From Auanema rhodensis (Eukaryota > Animalia > Nematoda): a stretch of DNA of 64,000 nucleotides. How positions within the stretch are numbered: the first letter of the stretch is position 1; the number at the start of each line of letters is the position of its first letter. Made by a program: the position numbers and the translations under genes. Below are positions 55,459-64,000 of the stretch, in pieces. Under the pieces are notes generated by a model. It was not told the origin of the DNA. It searched no databases and worked only from the letters and a program-made list of their open reading frames with translations. The DNA is taken from contig OZ059896.1 in the NCBI GenBank assembly GCA_964057225.1, positions 20,460,001-20,524,000 on the forward strand, read 5' to 3'.

Positions 55459-58400
55459 AGTTATGATCGTTTGAAAAATGATGCATTAGTGTATGTTGAG
55501 TTTCCATGTACACTCAACATTGCTTCCAAAAACATTTTGACAAAAATTTTTTCGAAAAATTTCAAAATAATTTAGCAAAAAGTGGATGTTTTTAGATTCC
55601 ATTTTTCAAGGCAAAGACGATGGACAGTGTTATTCAACGAAAAAATTAATTCTTCAGGGTGAAAATCGAGGATATAAGTGTGAACTTATATCAGTTGATA
55701 TCTCGGTGCATTTTTAAGCTAGCGCAAATCTGATAACACAGATCGACGCAGCTTAAAAATCCGCATCGAATGCACTATACTACATTGAGAAACGCTTAAT
55801 ACAAAAATTAGTTATGATCGTTTGAAAAATGATGCATTAGTGTATGTTGAGTTTCCATGTACACTCAACATTGCTTCCAAAAACATTTTGACAAAAATTT
55901 TTTCGAAAAATTTCAAAATAATTTAGCAAAAAGTAGATGTTTTTAGATTCCTTTTTTCAAGGCAAAGACGATGAACAATGTTATTCAACGAAAAAATTTT
56001 TTCTTCAGGGTGAAAATCGAGGATATAAGTGTGAACTTATATCAGTTGATATCTCGGTGCATTTTTAAGCTAGCGCAAATCTGATAACACAGATCGACGC
56101 AGCTTAAAAATCCGCATCGAATGCACTATACTACATTGAAAAACGCTTAATACAAAAATTAGTTATGATCGTTTGAAAAATGATGCATTAGTGTATGTTG
56201 AGTTTCCATGTACACTCAACATTGCTTCCAAAAACATTTTGACAAAAATTTTTTCGAAAAATTTCAAAATAATTTAGCAAAAAGTAGATGTTTTTAGATT
56301 CCTTTATTCAAGGCAAAGACGATGGACAATGTTATTCAACGAAAAAATTAATTCTTCAGGGTGAAAATCGAGGATATAAGTGTGAACTTATATCAGTTGA
56401 TATCTCGGTGCATTTTTAAGCTAGCGCAAATCTGATAACACAGATCGACGCAGCTTAAAAATCCGCATCGAATGCACTATACTACATTGAGAAACGCTTG
56501 ATACAAAATTTAGTTATGATCGTTTGAAAAATGATGCATTAGTGTATGTTGAGTTTCCATGTACACTCAACATTGCTTCCAAAAACATTTTGACAAAAAT
56601 TTTTTCGAAAAATTTCAAAATAATTTAGCAAAAAGTGGATGTTTTTAGATTCCATTTTTCAAGGCAAAGACGATGGACAGTGTTATTCAACGAAAAAATT
56701 AATTCTTCAGGGTGAAAATCGAGGATATAAGTGTGAACTTATATCAGTTGATATCTCGGTGCATTTTTAAGCTAGCGCAAATCTGATAACACAGATCGAC
56801 GCAGCTTAAAAATCCGCATCGAATGCACTATACTACATTGAGAAACGCTTAATACAAAAATTAGTTATGATCGTTTGAAAAATGATGCATTAGTGTATGT
56901 TGAGTTTCCATGTACACTCAACATTGCTTCCAAAAACATTTTGACAAAAATTTTTTCGAAAAATTTCAAAATAATTTAGCAAAAAGTAGATGTTTTTAGA
57001 TTCCTTTTTTCAAGGCAAAGACGATGAACAATGTTATTCAACGAAAAAATTTTTTCTTCAGGGTGAAAATCGAGGATATAAGTGTGAACTTATATCAGTT
57101 GATATCTCGGTGCATTTTTAAGCTAGCGCAAATCTGATAACACAGATCGACGCAGCTTAAAAATCCGCATCGAATGCACTATACTACATTGAAAAACGCT
57201 TAATACAAAAATTAGTTATGATCGTTTGAAAAATGATGCATTAGTGTATGTTGAGTTTCCATGTACACTCAACATTGCTTCCAAAAACATTTTGACAAAA
57301 ATTTTTTCGAAAAATTTCAAAATAATTTAGCAAAAAGTAGATGTTTTTAGATTCCTTTATTCAAGGCAAAGACGATGGACAATGTTATTCAACGAAAAAA
57401 TTAATTCTTCAGGGTGAAAATCGAGGATATAAGTGTGAACTTATATCAGTTGATATCTCGGTGCATTTTTAAGCTAGCGCAAATCTGATAACACAGATCG
57501 ACGCAGCTTAAAAATCCGCATCGAATGCACTATACTACATTGAGAAACGCTTGATACAAAATTTAGTTATGATCGTTTGAAAAATGATGCATTAGTGTAT
57601 GTTGAGTTTCCATGTACACTCAACATTGCTTCCAAAAACATTTTGACAAAACTTTTTTCGGAAAATTTCAAAATAATTTAGCAAAAAGTAGATGTTTTTA
57701 AATTCCATTTTCAAGGCAAAGACGATGGACAATGTTATTCAACGAAAAAATTAATTCTTCAGGGTGAAAATCGAGGATATAAGTGTGAACTTATATCAGT
57801 TGATATCTCGGTGCATTTTCAAGCTAGCGCAAATCTGATAACACAGATCGACGCAGCTTAAAAATGCGCATCAAATGCACTATACTACATTGAGAAACGC
57901 TTAATACAAAAATTAGTTATGATCGTTTGAAAAATGATGCATTAGTGTATGTTGAGTTTCCATGTACACTCAACATTGCTTCCAAAAACATTTTGACAAA
58001 AATTTTTTCGAAAAATTTCAAAATAATTTAGCAAAAAGTAGATGTTTTTAGATTCCTTTTTTCAAGGCAAAGACGATGAACAATGTTATTCAACGAAAAA
58101 ATTTTTTCTTCAGGGTGAAAATCGAGGATATAAGTGTGAACTTATATCAGTTGATATCTCGGTGCATTTTTAAGCTAGCGCAAATCTGATAACACAGATC
58201 GACGCAGCTTAAAAATCCGCATCGAATGCACTATACTACATTGAAAAACGCTTAATACAAAAATTAGTTATGATCGTTTGAAAAATGATGCATTAGTGTA
58301 TGTTGAGTTTCCATGTACACTCAACATTGCTTCCAAAAACATTTTGACAAAAATTTTTTCGAAAAATTTCAAAATAATTTAGCAAAAAGTAGATGTTTTT

Positions 58401-58966
58401 AGATTCCTTTATTCAAGGCAAAGACGATGGACAATGTTATTCAACGAAAAAATTAATTCTTCAGGGTGAAAATCGAGGATATAAGTGTGAACTTATATCA
58501 GTTGATATCTCGGTGCATTTTTAAGCTAGCGCAAATCTGATAACACAGATCGACGCAGCTTAAAAATCCGCATCGAATGCACTATACTACATTGAGAAAC
58601 GCTTGATACAAAATTTAGTTATGATCGTTTGAAAAATGATGCATTAGTGTATGTTGAGTTTCCATGTACACTCAACATTGCTTCCAAAAACATTTTGACA
58701 AAACTTTTTTCGGAAAATTTCAAAATAATTTAGCAAAAAGTAGATGTTTTTAAATTCCATTTTCAAGGCAAAGACGATGGACAATGTTATTCAACGAAAA
58801 AATTAATTCTTCAGGGTGAAAATCGAGGATATAAGTGTGAACTTATATCAGTTGATATCTCGGTGCATTTTCAAGCTAGCGCAAATCTGATAACACAGAT
58901 CGACGCAGCTTAAAAATGCGCATCAAATGCACTATACTACATTGAGAAACGCTTAATACAAAAATT
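55459..58966. repeat. Overlapping 3-mer duplications including 350-bp deletion monomers
   Basis: Markers CTTGATACAAAATTT in M161, M164 and M167. The divergent 350-bp monomer at 57565 is repeated at 58617 (period 1052 bp). Confidence 0.85.
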
Positions 58967-61900
58967 AGTTATGATCGTTTGAAAAATGATGCATTAGTGT
59001 ATGTTGAGTTTCCATGTACACTCAACATTGCTTCCAAAAACATTTTGACAAAAATTTTTTCGAAAAATTTCAAAATAATTTAGCAAAAAGTAGATGTTTT
59101 TAGATTCCATTTTCAAGGCAAAGACGATGGACAATGTTATTCAACGAAAAAATTAATTCTTCAGGGTGAAAATCGAGGATATAAGTGTGAACTTATATCA
59201 GTTGATATCTCGGTGCATTTTCAAGCTAGCGCAAATCTGATAACACAGATCGACGCAGCTTAAAAATGCGCATCAAATGCACTATACTACATTGAAAAAC
59301 GCTTAATACAAAAATTAGTTATGATCGTTTGAAAAATGATGCATTAGTGTATGTTGAGTTTCCATGTACACTCAACATTGCTTCCAAAAACATTTTGACA
59401 AAAATTTTTTCGAAAAATTTCAAAATAATTTAGCAAAAAGTAGATGTTTTTAGATTCCATTTTTCGAGGCAAAGACGATGGACAGTGTTATTCAACGAAA
59501 AAAATAATTCTTCAGGGTGAAAATCGAGGATATAAGTGTGAACTTATATCAGTTGATATCTCGGTGCATTTTCAAGCTAGCGCAAATCTGATAACACAGA
59601 TCGACGCAGCTTAAAAATCCGCATCGAATGCTCTATACTACATTGAGAAACGCTTAATACAAAAATTAGTTATGATCGTTTGAAAAATGATGCATTAGTG
59701 TATGTTGAGTTTCCATGTACACTCAATATTGCTTCCAAAAACATTTTGACAAAAATTTTTTCGAAAAATTTCAAAATAATTTAGCAAAAAGTAGATGTTT
59801 TTAGATTCCATTTTTCAAGGCAAAGACGATGGACAATGTTATTCAACGAAAAAATTAATTCTTCAGGGTGAAAATCGAGGATATAAGAGTGAACTTATAT
59901 CAGTTGATATCTCGGTGCATTTTTAAGCTAGCGCAAATCTGATAACACAGATCGACGCAGCTTAAAAATCCGCATCGAATGCACTATACTACATTGAGAA
60001 ACGCTTAATACAAAAATTAGTTATGATCGTTTGAAAAATGATGCATTAGTGTATGTTGAGTTTCCATGTACACTCAACATTGCTTCCAAAAACATTTTGA
60101 CAAAAATTTTTTCGAAAAATTTCAAAATAATTTAGCAAAAAGTAGATGTTTTTAGATTCCATTTTTCAAGGCAAAGACGATGGACAGTGTTATTCAACGA
60201 AAAAAATAATTCTTCAGGGTGAAAATCGAGGATATAAGTGTGAACTTATATCAGTTGATATCTCGGTGCATTTTTAAGCTAGCGCAAATCTGATAACACA
60301 GATCGACGCAGCTTAAAAATCCGCATCGAATGCACTATACTACATTGAGAAACGCTTAATACAAAAATTAGTTATGATCGTTTGAAAAATGATGCATTAG
60401 TGTATGTTGAGTTTCCATGTACACTCAACATTGCTTCCAAAAACATTTTGACAAAAATTTTTTCGAAAAATTTCAAAATAATTTAGCAAAAAGTAGATGT
60501 TTTTAGATTCCATTTTTCAAGGCAAAGACGATGGACAGTGTTATTCAACGAAAAAATTAATTCTTCAGGGTGAAAATCGAGGATATAAGTGTGAACTTAT
60601 ATCAGTTGATATCTCGGTGCATTTTTAAGCTAGCGCAAATCTGATAACACAGATCGACGCAGCTTAAAAATCCGCATCGAATGCACTATACTACATTGAG
60701 AAACGCTTAATACAAAAATTAGTTATGATCGTTTGAAAAATGATGCATTAGTGTATGTTGAGTTTCCATGTACACTCAACATTGCTTCCAAAAACATTTT
60801 GACAAAAATTTTTTCGAAAAATTTCGAAATAATTTAGCAAAAAGTAGATGTTTTTAGATTCCTTTATTCAAGGCAAAGACGATGGACAATGTTATTCAAC
60901 GAAAAAATTAATTCTTCAGGGTGAAAATCGAGGATATAAGTGTGAATTTATATCAGTTGATATCTCGGTGCATTTTTAAGCTAGCGCAAATCTGATAACA
61001 CAGATCGACGCAGCTTAAAAATCCGCATCGAATGCACTATACTACATTGAGAAACGCTTGATACAAAAATTAGTTATGATCGTTTGAAAAATGATGCATT
61101 AGTGTATGTTGAGTTTCCATGTACACTCAACATTGCTTCCAAAAACATTTTGACAAAAATTTTTTCGAAAAATTTCAAAATAATTTAGCAAAAAGTAGAT
61201 GTTTTTAGATTCCATTTTTCAAGGCAAAGACGATGGACAGTGTTATTCAACGAAAAAAATAATTCTTCAGGGTGAAAATCGAGGATATAAGTGTGAACTT
61301 ATATCAGTTGATATCTCGGTGCATTTTTAAGCTAGCGCAAATCTGATAACACAGATCGACGCAGCTTAAAAATCCGCATCGAATGCACTATACTACATTG
61401 AGAAACGCTTAATACAAAAATTAGTTATGATCGTTTGAAAAATGATGCATTAGTGTATGTTGAGTTTCCATGTACACTCAACATTGCTTCCAAAAACATT
61501 TTGACAAAAATTTTTTCGAAAAATTTCAAAATAATTTAGCAAAAAGTAGATGTTTTTAGATTCCATTTTTCAAGGCAAAGACGATGGACAGTGTTATTCA
61601 ACGAAAAAATTAATTCTTCAGGGTGAAAATCGAGGATATAAGTGTGAACTTATATCAGTTGATATCTCGGTGCATTTTTAAGCTAGCGCAAATCTGATAA
61701 CACAGATCGACGCAGCTTAAAAATCCGCATCGAATGCACTATACTACATTGAGAAACGCTTGATACAAAAATTAGTTATGATCGTTTGAAAAATGATGCA
61801 TTAGTGTATGTTGAGTTTCCATGTACACTCAACATTGCTTCCAAAAACATTTTGACAAAAATTTTTTCGAAAAATTTCAAAATAATTCAGCAAAAAGTAG

Positions 61901-64000
61901 ATGTTTTTAGATTCCATTTTTCAAGGCAAAGACGATGGACAGTGTTATTCAACGAAAAAATTAATTCTTCAGGGTGAAAATCGAGGATATAAGTGTGAAC
62001 TTATATCAGTTGATATCTCGGTGCATTTTTAAGCTAGCGCAAATCTGATAACACAGATCGACGCAGCTTAAAAATCCGCATCGAATGCACTATACTACAT
62101 TGAAAAACGCTTAATACAAAAATTAGTTATGATCGTTTGAAAAATGATGCATTAGTGTATGTTGAGTTTCCATGTACACTCAACATTGCTTCCAAAAACA
62201 TTTTGACAAAAATTTTTTCGAAAAATTTCAAAATAATTTAGCAAAAAGTAGATGTTTTTAGATTCCTTTATTCAAGGCAAAGACGATGGACAATGTTATT
62301 CAACGAAAAAATTAATTCTCCAGGGTGAAAATCGAGGATATAAGTGTGAACTTATATCAGTTGATATCTTGGTGCATTTTTAAGCTAGCGCAAATCTGAT
62401 AACACAGATCGACGCAGCTTAAAAATCCGCATCGAATGCACTATACTACATTGAAAAACGCTTAATACAAAAATTAGTTATGATCGTTTGAAAAATGATG
62501 CATTAGTGTATGTTGAGTTTCCATGTACACTCAACATTGCTTCCAAAAACATTTTGACAAAAATTTTTTCGAAAAATTTCAAAATAATTTAGCAAAAAGT
62601 AGATGTTTTTAGATTCCTTTATTCAAGGCAAAGACGATGGACAATGTTATTCAACGAAAAAATTAATTCTTCAGGGTGAAAATCGAGGATATAAGTGTGA
62701 ACTTATATCAGTTGATATCTCGGTGCATTTTTAAGCTAGCGCAAATCTGATAACACAGATCGACGCAGCTTAAAAATCCGCATCGAATGCACTATACTAC
62801 ATTGAGAAACGCTTGATACAAAATTTAGTTATGATCGTTTGAAAAATGATGCATTAGTGTATGTTGAGTTTCCATGTACACTCAACATTGCTTCCAAAAA
62901 CATTTTGACAAAAATTTTTTCGAAAAATTTCAAAATAATTTAGGAAAAAGTAGATGTTTTTAGATTCCTTTTTTCAAGGCAAAGACGATGGACAATGTTA
63001 TTCAACGAAAAAATCAATTCTTCAGGGTGAAAATCGAGGATATAAGTGTGAACTTATATCAGTTGATATCTCGGTGCATTTTTAAGCTAGCGCAAATCTG
63101 ATAACACAGATCGACGCAGCTTAAAAATCCGCATCGAATGCACTATACTACATTGAGAAACGTTTAATACAAAAATTAGTTATGATCGTTTGAAAAATGA
63201 TGCATTAGTGTATGTTGAGTTTCCATGTACACTCAACATTGCTTCCAAAAACATTTTGACAAAAATTTTTTCGAAAAATTTCAAAATAATTTAGGAAAAA
63301 GTAGATGTTTTTAGATTCCTTTTTTCAAGGCAAAGACGATGGACAATGTTATTCAACGAAAAAATTAATTCTTCAGGGTGAAAATCGAGGATATAAGTGT
63401 GAACTTATATCAGTTGATATCTCGGTGCATTTTTAAGCTAGCGCAAATCTGATAACACAGATCGACGCAGCTCAAAAATCAGCATCGAATGCACTATACT
63501 ACATTGAGAAACGTTTGATACAAAAATTAGTTATGATCGTTTGAAAAATGATGCATTAGTGTATGTTGAGTTTCCATGTACACTCAACATTGCTTCCAAA
63601 AACATTTTGACAAAAATTTTTTCGAAAAATTTCAAAATAATTTAGGAAAAAGTAGATGTTTTTAGATTCCTTTTTTCAAGGCAAAGACGATGGACAATGT
63701 TATTCAACGAAAAAATTAATTCTTCAGGGTGAAAATCGAGGATATAAGTGTGAACTTATATCAGTTGATATCTCGGTGCATTTTTAAGCTAGCGCAAATC
63801 TGATAACACAGATCGACGCAGCTCAAAAATCAGCATCGAATGCACTATACTACATTGAGAAACGTTTGATACAAAAATTAGTTATGATCGTTTGAAAAAT
63901 GATGCATTAGTGTATGTTGAGTTTCCATGTACACTCAACATTGCTTCCAAAAACATTTTGACAAAAATTTTTTCGAAAAATTTCAAAATAATTTAGCAAA

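Larger units (their letters stand above)
1..64000. repeat. Tandem satellite DNA array, 351-bp AT-rich monomer, ~182.3 copies, all in one orientation
   Basis: AGTTATGATCGTTTGAAAAATG recurs at 1, 352, 703 ... 3511, 7021 ... 56161 (=1+160x351). After three 1-bp deletions it recurs at 60721 and 63880. No non-repeat sequence seen. Consensus G+C = 110/351 by hand count. Confidence 0.99.

Noticed and set aside
61786-61977. 63-aa ORF
   Set aside because: Same TAG->CAG change as at 3874 on another haplotype; a recurrent mutation or conversion, not a gene.
1-64000. Giant repeat protein (351 bp = 117 codons)
   Set aside because: The ORF track lists nothing longer than 79 aa in any of the six frames, and the frames I inspected contain several stops per unit.
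1-64000. CRISPR-like or variable-cassette array
   Set aside because: No unique spacers; variation is limited to SNP haplotypes.

Overview
The whole 64,000-bp window is one uninterrupted, head-to-tail, single-orientation satellite DNA array. The monomer is 351 bp and about 31% GC, with 182 complete copies plus a 121-bp partial copy, and the array runs off both ends. I found no unique sequence, genes, transposon insertions, inversions or CRISPR spacers. The three predicted ORFs are chance stop-codon losses in single monomers. Monomers differ at about 20 recurrent sites, typically 1-6 substitutions per pair. Only three 1-bp deletions (near 57708, 58760 and 59110) break the 351-bp phase. Reading these variants monomer by monomer, by eye, shows nested higher-order structure: 2-, 3-, 4- and 10-mer duplications, a recurring 5-mer (1755 bp) higher-order repeat (HOR), and an apparently perfect 17-mer (5967 bp) duplication. 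One haplotype set flanks a central domain made of a different set. The monomer is rich in dyad symmetry, including a ~67-nt hairpin and a 9-bp stem with a GTGA loop. It has an almost invariant ~87-bp block and no CpG depletion. This fits a eukaryotic, probably invertebrate, (peri)centromeric or heterochromatic satellite, but the host and family cannot be identified from the sequence alone. 'Monomer position' means the offset within a monomer, where monomer n (Mn) starts at 1+351(n-1) up to M165.
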